Origin: a virus
Direction: 5' to 3' (one strand)
Virus record (IMG/VR): IMGVR_UViG_3300009161_006153
Span: 1 to 64,000 of that record
DNA length: 64,000 bases
Shown here: piece by piece, positions 1 through 10,607 of the stretch
How the letters are laid out: the number at the start of each line of letters is the position of its first letter
Numbering within the stretch: the first letter of the stretch is position 1
Notes under the pieces: model-generated
The model's input: only the letters and a program-made list of their open reading frames with translations
The model's database searches: none
What the model was told of the DNA's origin: nothing
Made by a program: the position numbers and the translations under genes

Positions 1-792
1 ATTATAAATCTATGCAATTCTTGTAATCCTGATGTTGTCCATGTCCAATATGATGAGCATTTCATGGTTGGTGATTATTTCAATTGCGATAATGTTGTAA
101 TGACAACATATTTTGCTTATGCAGACCAAACGTATAAGCACGATGATTATTATAGAAGGATATTTGAGGGTATGCTATCCCTAAAAAAAGCTAGAATGTT
201 TGTGATATCACCTTCGATAAGAGACAGATATCTTGAAAGAGGTTTTGATAAAAATAGAATAGAAGTTGTTCCAAGTGGAGTAAGAGATGATCTTTTTTTG
301 TTTAAAGAGGAATGCGAATATCCCGATAGATCTATTTATTTAGCTAAAATAGACTATAGAAAAAGACAACACTTATTCCACAATATAGAAGATTTATATT
401 TTGCTGGAAATATAGCTGACGAAAGGTATAATAAAAACAACTATCTCGGTGAATGGAGTAAGGATTATCTCTATAAAAACTTAACGAGTTATGCAAATTT
501 AGTTCTTTTGAGCGATGGAGAGGCTCATCCATTAGTTTGTATGGAAGCTATGTCGGCTGGATTGGGATTAGTAATATCAGAATTTGCTACAGCTAATTTA
601 AATCTATCTTTACCTTTTATAGACGTGATTCCAGAATCGAGAATGAATGATATAGAGTATATTTCTGAGATAATAAAAAAGAATAGAGAAAAATCAATCC
701 CGTTAAGAAAAGAGATAAGGGATTATGTAATATCAAATTTTAGCTGGGAAAGTATAATAAAAAATCAATATTTACCTAAACTAATTAAATAA
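1..792 (+). CDS. GT4-family (GT-B) glycosyltransferase, 5'-truncated by window edge
   Basis: Frame is open from base 1 (IINLCNSCNPDVVHVQYDEHF then M64). Motifs VISP, VVPSGV, RKRQ, SDGEAHPLVCMEAMSAG (E-x7-E) and FSWE. Confidence 0.8.
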   Translation: MINLCNSCNPDVVHVQYDEHFMVGDYFNCDNVVMTTYFAYADQTYKHDDYYRRIFEGMLSLKKARMFVISPSIRDRYLERGFDKNRIEVVPSGVRDDLFLFKEECEYPDRSIYLAKIDYRKRQHLFHNIEDLYFAGNIADERYNKNNYLGEWSKDYLYKNLTSYANLVLLSDGEAHPLVCMEAMSAGLGLVISEFATANLNLSLPFIDVIPESRMNDIEYISEIIKKNREKSIPLRKEIRDYVISNFSWESIIKNQYLPKLIK

Positions 793-793
793 T

Positions 794-1603
794 ATGGACT
801 TTGGAGTTTTTTACACATGTTATACTGAAAAAAAAGCAGTAGACTATTCTTTAGAAGTTTTATATGGAATATACCCGGAGGTTCCAGTTTATCTTATCTC
901 AGATGGCGGAGATGATTATTCAGACTTAGAAAAAAAATATTCAGGTCTTGGATTTAATATAAAGACATATATCGAGGAGGATTCTAGAGGTCTTATACCC
1001 ACATTTGGACATAGGGAAGATTTCCACACAGAAGAGATTCAAAAGGCGGTACTATCCTCTGTTATGACATTTATGGAAAGGGTAAAAAGAGCGATAGATT
1101 ATAATAAGAAAGAATTTCTTCTTGTAATGGAGCCAGATGTTTTGGTCAGAGGGAAAATAACTAATTCAAATAAACATAAATTATTGGGATCTAGAGTTAA
1201 TTCGGGGATGACTGATGAAATAAGGGATATAGTTAGAAATTACCCTGGATCTATTGATGTTAATACCTGGGGAATTACTCCCGCAATATTTGAATGCTCG
1301 TCATTTCTAAAGGTTTATGATATTATCAAGGATGATAATCTTTTACTTAAAAAATTATGCTACTCCGATAGAAGGTTTGCAAATTATGATTTTATGTTTG
1401 CAGTATTGTTTGCACTCATAGGGGTACACGAATCGATTAACCCTGAAATAGTCGAGTGCTTTAGAAATCCACATTGGGAGAATAGCTGGCATCCTTTAGT
1501 ACATCAATACAGAGCTAAGTATCCTCTTTCTTCAGAAGGATATAACGGGACTCATATAATTAATAACAATGGAATGGGGGATCAATGGCAATGGAAAAGA
1601 TAG
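794..1603 (+). CDS. GT-A/GT2-like glycosyltransferase
   Basis: ISDGG, MEPDV (DxD-like) and C-terminal HQY; paralogous to the next ORF. Confidence 0.55.
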   Translation: MDFGVFYTCYTEKKAVDYSLEVLYGIYPEVPVYLISDGGDDYSDLEKKYSGLGFNIKTYIEEDSRGLIPTFGHREDFHTEEIQKAVLSSVMTFMERVKRAIDYNKKEFLLVMEPDVLVRGKITNSNKHKLLGSRVNSGMTDEIRDIVRNYPGSIDVNTWGITPAIFECSSFLKVYDIIKDDNLLLKKLCYSDRRFANYDFMFAVLFALIGVHESINPEIVECFRNPHWENSWHPLVHQYRAKYPLSSEGYNGTHIINNNGMGDQWQWKR

Positions 1604-2292
1604 GAGCATATTATCAGTGCTACATGAATAGAAATAGTCTGAATTTTGTTTTGGAAAATTATAGAAAAAAATATCCAGAATCAAATGTAATTCTAGTGTG
1701 TGACGGCGGATCCGATTTCACGGAGGAATCTATTAAATATAAATGTAATTACATACATGACAGTAAAATAGAAACAGAAAAAAATTTAATATTTAAAAAT
1801 ATTGATTCTGCTAAAAGATTTATTTCTAGGATATCGAATAATATACATCTTATCACGGAGGATTTTTTTATTCTATTAGAGGATGATGTTTATATAATAG
1901 AAAAAATAAATTCGCCTTTAGAAAACGATATTAATGGATGCAATAAGAACGAGTTTTTTTCTAATGAGATTTCTGAAGTAATAAGAAATAGAAACAGTAA
2001 TATAAGGGGTAAGGTTTACTATGGAGGGTTTGGCGGATGTATACTTAGAACTGTTTTTTTTAAACATATTTTAAAAAATTTAGATTTAGTTAATCTAGAT
2101 CTTAAAATATATTTTGAGAGGTCAAATCCATCCGAATGGGCATCAGATAAAATAATCACATATCTTTGTCTTATCAACGGAGGATCGATAGGACACTACA
2201 CTGGATTATGTGAAACTTGGTATCCCGATCTCGGCGAAAGATTAGAATTAAAATCAGTTGAGGTTTTACATCAATATAAAGAATATTATTAA
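1585..2292 (+). CDS. GT-A/GT2-like glycosyltransferase
   Basis: VCDGG, LLEDDV and HQY; same motif order as 794..1603. Start may be 1591. Confidence 0.55.
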   Translation: MAMEKIGAYYQCYMNRNSLNFVLENYRKKYPESNVILVCDGGSDFTEESIKYKCNYIHDSKIETEKNLIFKNIDSAKRFISRISNNIHLITEDFFILLEDDVYIIEKINSPLENDINGCNKNEFFSNEISEVIRNRNSNIRGKVYYGGFGGCILRTVFFKHILKNLDLVNLDLKIYFERSNPSEWASDKIITYLCLINGGSIGHYTGLCETWYPDLGERLELKSVEVLHQYKEYY

Positions 2293-2301
2293 AAAAAATA
2301 T

Positions 2302-3126
2302 ATGCAATTTAATCAAGTAGAATTAGAAAAGGTAAAAAAATATTGGAACGATAGACCTTGCAACATAAGGCATTCTGATAAAGAATTAGGGACGATGGAA
2401 TATTTCGAAGAAGTTGAAAGTAGAAGATATAAGGTTGAACCTCATATCCTTGAATTCGCTGACTTCCCTTCTTGGAGGGGTAAAAAAGTATTCGAGATAG
2501 GGTGTGGTATAGGGACTGATTCTATATCATTTCTTAAAAACGGAGCTGAACTAACATCTGTGGATTTATCAGATGAAAGCTTGAAGTTAACTGAAAAAAG
2601 AGTGTCAGTTTATGGATTTAATGCTGATTTAAGATACGCAAATGCTGAAAATTTATCCGAATATATCAATCCTACAAAATTCGATTTAATCTATTCGTTC
2701 GGTGTTCTCCATCATACCCCAAATCCAATAGATTCCTTTAGAGAGGTTACAAAATATATGGATAAGGATTCAGAATTTAGAGTGATGGTTTATCATAAAG
2801 GTGCGTTTAAGGTTTTTCAGATATTAGAACAATATGATTACGAATACGGAAGAGCTAACGAATTAATAGCTAAACATTCTGAGGCACAAACAGGATGTCC
2901 AGTGACTTATTCATACACTCCTAAAGAAATAACAGATCTTCTCAATGAGGTAGGTCTCGAAGTTACCGAAATAAAAATTGCCCATATTTTTCCCTATAAA
3001 ATAGAAGAATATAAGAGATATGAATACGTAAAAGAGCCTATTTGGGAAATGCCAGAATCCACATTTAACGAATTTCAGAGTAAGTATGGATGGCACTTAT
3101 TAGTTACATCAAAATTAAAAGCTTAA
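2302..3126 (+). CDS. Class I SAM-dependent methyltransferase
   Basis: FEIGCGIG, VDLS, NAE and FDLIYSFGVLHH motifs. Confidence 0.9.
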   Translation: MQFNQVELEKVKKYWNDRPCNIRHSDKELGTMEYFEEVESRRYKVEPHILEFADFPSWRGKKVFEIGCGIGTDSISFLKNGAELTSVDLSDESLKLTEKRVSVYGFNADLRYANAENLSEYINPTKFDLIYSFGVLHHTPNPIDSFREVTKYMDKDSEFRVMVYHKGAFKVFQILEQYDYEYGRANELIAKHSEAQTGCPVTYSYTPKEITDLLNEVGLEVTEIKIAHIFPYKIEEYKRYEYVKEPIWEMPESTFNEFQSKYGWHLLVTSKLKA

Positions 3127-3128
3127 AA

Positions 3129-3845
3129 ATGTCTAAAATATACATAGATTGTGGAACCCATTTAGGGGAGGGACTAAAGAAACATATAGAAGATTTAGGT
3201 ATAGATCAGAATTGGGAAATATTCACTTTCGAAGCAAATAGATACACCTATGAATTATTTCAAGAGACTATAAAAAAAGAATATCTCCCACCTAAATATC
3301 AATGGGCAAAATGGGATAATATAAAATATTACAACAAAGCTGTATGGACAGAAAACGGGGAGATAGATTTCTACTGTTCAACTACTGCTGATATATCTGA
3401 GATAAGAAAGGGTATGCCAGAATTCATGGAGATGCATGATCGAATGGTAGAAAATGGAGATTTACTTATACCTCATCAAAGAACTGACTTTCCTGTTGAT
3501 GGGTCTTCAACCATACTTCCAGAACACCTTAAAAGCACTATATCAGAGGGTGGTAATTTCATACAGAAAACATTAGATTGGTCCAATAAAACAAAGATCG
3601 AATGTTTTGATTTCTCAGAGTGGCTTTCAAAAAATGTGAGGGAATCAGATTATGTAGTATGTAAGATTGATATAGAGGGAGCAGAATTTGAAGTGCTTAA
3701 AAAATGTATCGAAGATGACACTTTGAGGCTTATAAATTCTCTAGATGTCGAATTTCATCATTTCTCAAATCATGAATATACGAAGGATTACAATTACATT
3801 ATGTCCGAGATAAACCGTCTTGGAATTAAATTTAAAATCTGGTAA
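3129..3845 (+). CDS. FkbM-family methyltransferase
   Basis: IDCGTHLG, FEAN, NKAVW, KIDIEGAE, VEFH. Start moved from 3090 to the ATG at 3129 just after the upstream stop. Confidence 0.8.
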   Translation: MSKIYIDCGTHLGEGLKKHIEDLGIDQNWEIFTFEANRYTYELFQETIKKEYLPPKYQWAKWDNIKYYNKAVWTENGEIDFYCSTTADISEIRKGMPEFMEMHDRMVENGDLLIPHQRTDFPVDGSSTILPEHLKSTISEGGNFIQKTLDWSNKTKIECFDFSEWLSKNVRESDYVVCKIDIEGAEFEVLKKCIEDDTLRLINSLDVEFHHFSNHEYTKDYNYIMSEINRLGIKFKIW

Positions 3846-3847
3846 AC

Positions 3848-4891
3848 ATGAACATACAAGAAATAAATGAAAATTTTCATTTTCCTAAATTCAATCTAGA
3901 TAAGATTGACATAAGAAACGAGCTAATTTCCGCTAAAAAAAGAATTTACGAGGTACAAAATTCAGGAAGAGGGACACAGGAATGTTTTCTTAGCTTTTAT
4001 CCTGTAGCAAAAAATATAAGATTCGTATCCTCTCATTTCTATAATTCAATTAAAAATAATAGAATTCCCATATTATCAGATACAGCTAGAAGCGGAGAGG
4101 ATTCTTTCTGGATGAACATGACATCAAGATCTTGGTACCCGTGGCTTTGGATTAGATATTTTAAAGATATAGATACCGGAGAAGGAAATAGAAAATCCTG
4201 GGAAAGATTATTCAGACCTATAGAGGATCCATGTATCAAAGAAGTAACAGGGTATAATGATGTTAATCCAGGATCTTTTTTCCTTTATATTGCATGCCTT
4301 TCCCATGTATTTAGATTTAATCAAATCTTCAAAAACCTTATTTTTGAAAAATACAAATCAGAATTTCCCGAAGGACCTGTTTGTGGATTGCAGATAAGAA
4401 GAGGTGAGATAGTACCAAAAGACGGCGATATAAATAAATCCTGGAAAATAAGGGAGTTATTTACCCTTGATGACTATATGGTCGGGGCAAAAGAAATCTG
4501 CGATAAATTAGGAACTAAAACAATCTTCGTTTCGAGCGATTCAAACGAGACGTTAGAGTATTTGAAAGAAAACTACACAGATTACAATTTCATAGTAAAT
4601 AAATATGATAGAAGTTTATTTGTAAGATTCCAGGGGGATCCTAGCAAGGTTAATCTTGAAAGAGATCTTCAACTAAATCCTAGTCTAATAGAGCATTACA
4701 CGGAAACATGTTTAATAGATCTTTATATGTTATCGCAATGTCAAGGCTTCGTTGGCGGTATGAGACATTCAGAATATGGAGTTTGTGGATGGTTCTTACA
4801 AATGGCAGAACAAGAGCACATAACCCCCTATTATAACTTAGAAGGAAATTTTGAACTTGATGGATTTCCTGTAGGTATGTTATTAAAATAA
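3848..4891 (+). CDS. Fucosyltransferase-like (GT23/GT11/O-FucT superfamily)
   Basis: Motif I GLQIRRGE (cf. VHVRRxD), motif II IFVSSD, motif III DLYMLSQCQGFVGG..S. Confidence 0.65.
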   Translation: MNIQEINENFHFPKFNLDKIDIRNELISAKKRIYEVQNSGRGTQECFLSFYPVAKNIRFVSSHFYNSIKNNRIPILSDTARSGEDSFWMNMTSRSWYPWLWIRYFKDIDTGEGNRKSWERLFRPIEDPCIKEVTGYNDVNPGSFFLYIACLSHVFRFNQIFKNLIFEKYKSEFPEGPVCGLQIRRGEIVPKDGDINKSWKIRELFTLDDYMVGAKEICDKLGTKTIFVSSDSNETLEYLKENYTDYNFIVNKYDRSLFVRFQGDPSKVNLERDLQLNPSLIEHYTETCLIDLYMLSQCQGFVGGMRHSEYGVCGWFLQMAEQEHITPYYNLEGNFELDGFPVGMLLK

Positions 4892-4895
4892 AAAT

Positions 4896-5627
4896 ATGAG
4901 AGTAGCTTTATGCCTTTACGGTCAACCCAGAAATTTTACACAAAACTGGAACTTTATCCAGAATAATATAATCTCTCCAAATAATGCGGACGTATTTTTT
5001 CATACATGGTATGATGAAAATAATCTAGGGTTTAATAAAATGACCCCAGGACATGAATCTAGATTAGCTGAATCTGGACTTATGTCAATGCTTCCTCAGA
5101 GAACTAATGCTAGAGAATTTATTATAGAAAAACAAATTCCATTCTATAGGAAAGAAGTTTATTGCAGTGATGAAAATTTTCATGCATGCTGGCCATGGGC
5201 GAATATTTATGATAGGGACTCGTTCTTGAAAGATAGAGTTTTTTCTCATTATAGCATGTGGTACAGCATTAATAGATCTTTACTTTTAAAGGAATTATAT
5301 TCACAAAAGAATGGATTTATTTATGACTGTGTTATGATATTAAGATTTGACGTATCCCCAAAAAATATAGTAAATGCGGAATCTTTTGATTTGAATAAGA
5401 TAGTAAGCGGATATCAACCTTTACCTAGGGGGGAGGTTAACGACTGGTTTATTATTTCTAATAATAGTAACTCCAATATAATCTCTAGCGTTTTTTACGC
5501 TATAGATTACCACAGGGACAATATAATAAAAGAAGGTGGCATATGGACAAATGAAGCTTATTTAAGAGATCAATTGAAAATCTATAATTTATCAGTAGAT
5601 TATAAAGATCTAAGTGTAACTTTTTAA
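4896..5627 (+). CDS. Putative glycosyltransferase-like protein (A/CxxGQPR family)
   Basis: MRVALCLYGQPR, FFHTW, LRFD, NDWF; paralogue at 7646. Confidence 0.45.
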   Translation: MRVALCLYGQPRNFTQNWNFIQNNIISPNNADVFFHTWYDENNLGFNKMTPGHESRLAESGLMSMLPQRTNAREFIIEKQIPFYRKEVYCSDENFHACWPWANIYDRDSFLKDRVFSHYSMWYSINRSLLLKELYSQKNGFIYDCVMILRFDVSPKNIVNAESFDLNKIVSGYQPLPRGEVNDWFIISNNSNSNIISSVFYAIDYHRDNIIKEGGIWTNEAYLRDQLKIYNLSVDYKDLSVTF

Positions 5628-5643
5628 TCAAAAACGGTATAAT
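5616..5643 (+). promoter_or_regulatory. Class-II (middle-type) promoter variant GTAAC-N17-TATAAT
   Basis: Matches the recurring motif with a 17-nt spacer, 17 nt before ATG 5661. Confidence 0.4.
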
Positions 5644-5660
5644 AAAATAAAATAATAATA

Positions 5661-6914
5661 ATGAAAATAGGATTTATTGGTTTAGGAAAACTTGGTCTTC
5701 CTTGCGCTTTGGCCATAGATTCAAAGGGACATAGTGTATATGGGTATGATCTAAACTCTGATGTTAAAAGAATTTTAGAGGAAAAAAAATTACCTTACCG
5801 GGAGGAAGGTGCTGATGATTTATTACAAACACATAATATAAAATGGGGATCTATAAAAGATGTTGTAGAAAATTCAGATATAATCTTCGTCCCTATTCAA
5901 ACGCCTCATTTACCGAAATATGAGGGAGATACGAGAATACCCTCCGAAAGAGCTGATTTTGATTACGAATGGTTAAAAAGTGGTATTAAAAATTTATCGG
6001 AAGAAATAGGAAAGCAGGAAAAGGAAAAAATAGTTATCATTATTTCAACGGTTCTACCAGGAACAATTAGAAGGGATATTAAACCACTTCTTAATGATAA
6101 AGTAAAATTATGCTATAATCCATTTTTTATTGCAATGGGGACTACGATAAAGGATTTTACATCCCCTGAATTTGTTTTATTCGGGGTAGATAGCGATGAG
6201 GCTTATCATAAAGCTAAAGAATTCTATTCCACCCTACATAATAAACCGGTATACAAGTGTACTATAGAAGAATCCGAAATGATTAAGGTTACTTACAATA
6301 CTTACATAACTATGAAAGTTTGTCTGGCCAATACTGTTATGGAGCTTTCGCACAAGTTAGAAAACATTAATTGTGATAATGTGATGAAAGGTCTATTCTT
6401 AGCTAACGAAAGATTGATTAGTCCTAAATATTTACTAGGTGGAATGGGGGATGGCGGTGGATGCCATCCTAGGGATAATATAGCTTTATCTTGGTTATCC
6501 CAGAAAGTTGATTTGAGTTTTGATTGGTATGATAATCTGATGAAATGTAGAGAAGATCAAACAGAATGGCTGTCGAATTTAATACTGGAAAGTAAAAAAG
6601 AAACAAACTTACCTATAATTATCCTAGGTAAGACATTCAAGAAAGAAACAAACTTAGTTACAGGTAGTCCTTCTATATTGCTGAGAAACATATTAAAAGA
6701 GAAGGGTCAAGAGGTAGACATGTTTGATCCGTGGATAGACCAATCCAAATCTCCACTCTCTGAGAGAGCTATATTTTTTATAGGTACCAATCATGATATT
6801 TTTACGGAGTACCAATTTCCAAAGGGGTCTATAGTAATAGATCCATGGAGATTCATAAAAGAACAAGAGGGAGTTAAATTGATAAGAGTCGGGGATTCCA
6901 CAATAAAAAAATAA
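5661..6914 (+). CDS. UDP-glucose/GDP-mannose 6-dehydrogenase family
   Basis: GLGKLG Rossmann motif, STVLPGT, YNPFFI, EMIK..N, GGGCHPRD catalytic Cys, GKTFK, DPW. Confidence 0.9.
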   Translation: MKIGFIGLGKLGLPCALAIDSKGHSVYGYDLNSDVKRILEEKKLPYREEGADDLLQTHNIKWGSIKDVVENSDIIFVPIQTPHLPKYEGDTRIPSERADFDYEWLKSGIKNLSEEIGKQEKEKIVIIISTVLPGTIRRDIKPLLNDKVKLCYNPFFIAMGTTIKDFTSPEFVLFGVDSDEAYHKAKEFYSTLHNKPVYKCTIEESEMIKVTYNTYITMKVCLANTVMELSHKLENINCDNVMKGLFLANERLISPKYLLGGMGDGGGCHPRDNIALSWLSQKVDLSFDWYDNLMKCREDQTEWLSNLILESKKETNLPIIILGKTFKKETNLVTGSPSILLRNILKEKGQEVDMFDPWIDQSKSPLSERAIFFIGTNHDIFTEYQFPKGSIVIDPWRFIKEQEGVKLIRVGDSTIKK

Positions 6915-6928
6915 TTAAATAGCTAAAT

Positions 6929-7645
6929 ATGAATAATTACGTTGAAAATTTTTCTAAAAACAAGTTATCAGAATTACATTATGCAATAATGAAAGTATGG
7001 GATAGTGAATATGAAATTTTAATTAAAGAAATTTTCGAGTCTGAGAAAATTAAAAGCTTTTTGGATCTTGGAGCTAATACTGGATGTGTCATAGAATATC
7101 TTCATGATTTTTTTGATGATGATGTTACTATTATAGGATTCGAGCCGGCGGAAGAAAATTTTAATTTTTTAAAAGAAGTCGTTGCAAAAATAAACAGGAA
7201 CAATAGATCAAAACTATACAAAAAAGCTGTTTTTTATGGTTCTAAAAAACTTAGAGCCTTCGGAGTAGGAGACAGTAGTACTGCAGGTCTTTTTTTAGAG
7301 GGGACACTATCTATAATTAATCCAAATGATCATAGAAAACCAGTACCAACAGAGTATGTTTTTGATTGTACAACTTTAGAGGATGAATTATTTGATGTCG
7401 ATTCTATAGATCTTTGTAAAATAGATGTTGAGGGGAGCGAGTATAATATAATAGAAAATAGTTCATTTTTAAAAGAAAAAGTAAAAAATATTCTATTAGA
7501 ATATCACTGGAAAAACGAAAAAGAAATTATGGATTGGCTTACATTGTATCTTCCTTCGCATAAAATTTTTAAATTAGGATATGATAAAAATGACAGTACG
7601 AATGGAAAGGAGTGTTCAATGATCTGGTTAAAAAAAATATTATAA
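6929..7645 (+). CDS. FkbM-family methyltransferase
   Basis: LDLGANTG, FEP, KIDVEGSE, LEYH. Confidence 0.85.
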   Translation: MNNYVENFSKNKLSELHYAIMKVWDSEYEILIKEIFESEKIKSFLDLGANTGCVIEYLHDFFDDDVTIIGFEPAEENFNFLKEVVAKINRNNRSKLYKKAVFYGSKKLRAFGVGDSSTAGLFLEGTLSIINPNDHRKPVPTEYVFDCTTLEDELFDVDSIDLCKIDVEGSEYNIIENSSFLKEKVKNILLEYHWKNEKEIMDWLTLYLPSHKIFKLGYDKNDSTNGKECSMIWLKKIL

Positions 7646-8521
7646 ATGAAAATAGGTATCTGTATTTCGGGGCAACCTAGAATATCCGATGATGTTTACA
7701 ATCATAACAGGAATTTTTTTGTCTCACCAGAAACAAACATCTACATGCATCTGTGGTGGGATAACAGCCACAGGGGTAAGGTAATTCGTTATCATTCTTC
7801 CGAAAGATTTCAAGACGAAGATCTCGGGAAAAAAGCTTTAGATCTATATTCACCTAAAAAATTTTTACTTGAGGATTTTAAAAAATTTGACTTAACTTTT
7901 ATAAAATCTTTTAGCAAGGATATGTGGACTGATCTTCCTAAAAAATTTATCAAAATATTTACCCCCTGGGCAATATATTCATATATGTGTCAAGCTTATT
8001 CTGTTTGCGAATCAATTAAACTAGCAAAAGAAGATAATACATGCTCTTTTCTACTAAGAACTAGATTTGATGTTATTCTCACCAAGGATATAAAAAGCAT
8101 AATTTATACTTTAAATCCAGATGATGATAAGATCTATTTTCAATCTTCTATGGAGGGTGGACATAAATATAGTGGAGAACCTCCTAACAATCCCTGCGAT
8201 TGGTTTTTTTGTGGATCCCCGATCGCTGTTTCAAAGTTCAGTGATTATTGGTTTAAATCATTTCCTCAATTATATACTAACGGAATAATAGAAGCCAGAG
8301 ATAACTTGAAGCGTACTGCGGAACTTGCCGGATTACAAATTATCCTAGTTGATTTTGGAGCTATTGTTAATCGTCAGTTACATCAGGAAAAAAATTTCGT
8401 CCATTGGCAAAAGTATTTAGATGATTTTGATGAACAAACAGGAGAAATTATATCTAATAAAGAAGATTGGCCACACTGGGTTGAATATGTTGATTTTAAA
8501 CATGTAAAACATTTTGATTGA
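7646..8521 (+). CDS. Putative glycosyltransferase-like protein (CxxGQPR family)
   Basis: MKIGICISGQPR, HLW, TRFD, CDWF; paralogue of 4896..5627. Confidence 0.45.
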   Translation: MKIGICISGQPRISDDVYNHNRNFFVSPETNIYMHLWWDNSHRGKVIRYHSSERFQDEDLGKKALDLYSPKKFLLEDFKKFDLTFIKSFSKDMWTDLPKKFIKIFTPWAIYSYMCQAYSVCESIKLAKEDNTCSFLLRTRFDVILTKDIKSIIYTLNPDDDKIYFQSSMEGGHKYSGEPPNNPCDWFFCGSPIAVSKFSDYWFKSFPQLYTNGIIEARDNLKRTAELAGLQIILVDFGAIVNRQLHQEKNFVHWQKYLDDFDEQTGEIISNKEDWPHWVEYVDFKHVKHFD

Positions 8522-9375
8522 TGAATATTTATTTTTTATCATTTTATACGGAAGGACCGGAGATAGACGGCGGATATAACTTGAGTAATGTTGTGAAAAA
8601 AATTAAAGAAAGATTATCCCCATTTTTTTCTGATATTTTTTTATTTAATAAGAGCGATTTAAAAGATATCGACGGAAGTGAACTATTTTGTAATTCTTAC
8701 GATGAAGAACTTGAAATGAATCCGAATGCTAATAAAATAGGTTATTTTGATTTCAAAGGATTCCTAATAAGTCATACGCTAAATAAAATTCCAGAGGGAT
8801 CCATACTAATATACCATGACGGGAATTTTGAAAAAAATTCACAGTACTGGGAAAGTGATTGGGAAAATATAGTGGGATTGTCTAATAAATTATTAAAAGA
8901 TAATAACAGCGACATGTTTTTCCAATTTGAAAGAGAGGGTGTATACGTAAAAGAATACGTAAAGACATACACGATAGATAAAATATTTCCAGACCCTACA
9001 GAAAACTTGATCGTTAAAGACTGTATACTAATAAATGCAGCCAGGATGATAATGAGGAATACTGATTTCAGTAGAAACTTCATAAAAGAATATACTAATT
9101 TGTGCATGGATAAAGAACTTGTTGCAAAAACTCCTAATCCAAATCCACACCCAGATTTCAAATGGTCTTGCGGTGATCAGGATGTTCTGAATTGTCTAAT
9201 CTACCGGTATATATTAGATGGGAAATTCCCACCGACATTTCCGATTTATTCCTTCATATACAGGATTATGAGAATTGAAAATAGACCTTTTATGTGGGAG
9301 GTCTATAATAAGGTCCATAATACTGGTATATCTTCCCATTATAACCACAATCTTATACAACATTTAAACAGATAA
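8521..9375 (+). CDS. Hypothetical protein, possibly GT-A glycosyltransferase
   Basis: YHDG, INA and DQDVLN motifs resemble GT-A enzymes; TGATG overlap with the upstream stop. Confidence 0.4.
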   Translation: MNIYFLSFYTEGPEIDGGYNLSNVVKKIKERLSPFFSDIFLFNKSDLKDIDGSELFCNSYDEELEMNPNANKIGYFDFKGFLISHTLNKIPEGSILIYHDGNFEKNSQYWESDWENIVGLSNKLLKDNNSDMFFQFEREGVYVKEYVKTYTIDKIFPDPTENLIVKDCILINAARMIMRNTDFSRNFIKEYTNLCMDKELVAKTPNPNPHPDFKWSCGDQDVLNCLIYRYILDGKFPPTFPIYSFIYRIMRIENRPFMWEVYNKVHNTGISSHYNHNLIQHLNR

Positions 9376-9377
9376 GA

Positions 9378-10607
9378 ATGAATAAAATAAAAGAATTGTT
9401 TAGTCTAGGTGACATTTACGTTTCAGATTTCATAAAGGATGATGAATCCCCAAGAGGTGATAGGGTAGATCTAAAAATGATGCTAGAAGAATCAACTGGG
9501 GCAGTTAGATTAGAAAAATGTGCTCCGTTAGATTCCATGTACGGAAAATATTGGTATCGATCTGGAATCAATCAAACAATGACTAAAGAGCTTTCCGGAA
9601 TAGTAACAAATATATTAGATCTCGTTAAGCTTAACGAGAATGACGTATGGGTAGATATAGCATGTAATGATGGAACACTATTAAGTTATCTTCCAAAAAA
9701 GATTATTAGAATAGGAATAGATCCTGTTGACGATTCATTTAAAAAAGAATCCGAAAAACACGCAGATCTAATTATTCAGGACTATTTCACTTACGAGGAA
9801 TTTGCTAAGTCAAGATTTGGAAATTCCAAAGCTAAGGTTGTTACCTCTATTGCGATGTTTTATGACCTGGAAAATCCGGATAAATTTATAGATGACGTGA
9901 ATAAAATTCTAGATGATGATGGTCTATGGGTACTTCAACTTTCATACACCCCTCTGATGATAAAACAGATGGCATTTGATAATATATGTCACGAGCATAT
10001 TTATTATTATTCTCTATTTAACATGAAAAATCTACTAGAGAGGAGAGGATTTAAAATAGTCGATTGTCAGCTTAATGATATTAACGGGGGATCTTTTAGA
10101 ATCTACGTTATGAAGGAGAATGGTAATGCCAGTAAGTTTTCAACTCAACCAAATAGAGATGTTTGTGAATTTAGGGTAAATTCTATACTTGAATACGAAA
10201 GAACATTAAATCTCGATTCGGTTGAAACATGGACTAAGTTCTACGAGGACATAAAAGAGCTAAGAGAAAAAACTGTTAGTTTCATAAAGAGAGAAAAAGA
10301 GAAGGGTAAAAAGATATGGGGATATGGTGCTTCAACAAAAGGTAACACCCTGCTGCAATACTTTAACTTAGATAATACACTGATAGACGGAATAGCAGAG
10401 AGAAGTTTTTATAAATGGGGTCTTAAAACAGTTGGAACAAATATTCCTATTTACTCTGAAGATGATATGAGGAAAGAAAATCCAGATTATCTTTTAGTTC
10501 TTCCGTGGCACTTTATTAATGAATTTAAAGAAAGAGAATCAGAATTTCTCAAGAGAGGCGGTAAATTTATAGTTCCATGTCCTAAGTTTGAAATTATAGG
10601 TATCTAA
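9378..10607 (+). CDS. NDP-hexose C-methyltransferase
   Basis: YWYRSG, DIACNDG, IDP, FDNICHEHIYYY, NGGS, GYGASTKGNT, LPWHF. Confidence 0.85.
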   Translation: MNKIKELFSLGDIYVSDFIKDDESPRGDRVDLKMMLEESTGAVRLEKCAPLDSMYGKYWYRSGINQTMTKELSGIVTNILDLVKLNENDVWVDIACNDGTLLSYLPKKIIRIGIDPVDDSFKKESEKHADLIIQDYFTYEEFAKSRFGNSKAKVVTSIAMFYDLENPDKFIDDVNKILDDDGLWVLQLSYTPLMIKQMAFDNICHEHIYYYSLFNMKNLLERRGFKIVDCQLNDINGGSFRIYVMKENGNASKFSTQPNRDVCEFRVNSILEYERTLNLDSVETWTKFYEDIKELREKTVSFIKREKEKGKKIWGYGASTKGNTLLQYFNLDNTLIDGIAERSFYKWGLKTVGTNIPIYSEDDMRKENPDYLLVLPWHFINEFKERESEFLKRGGKFIVPCPKFEIIGI

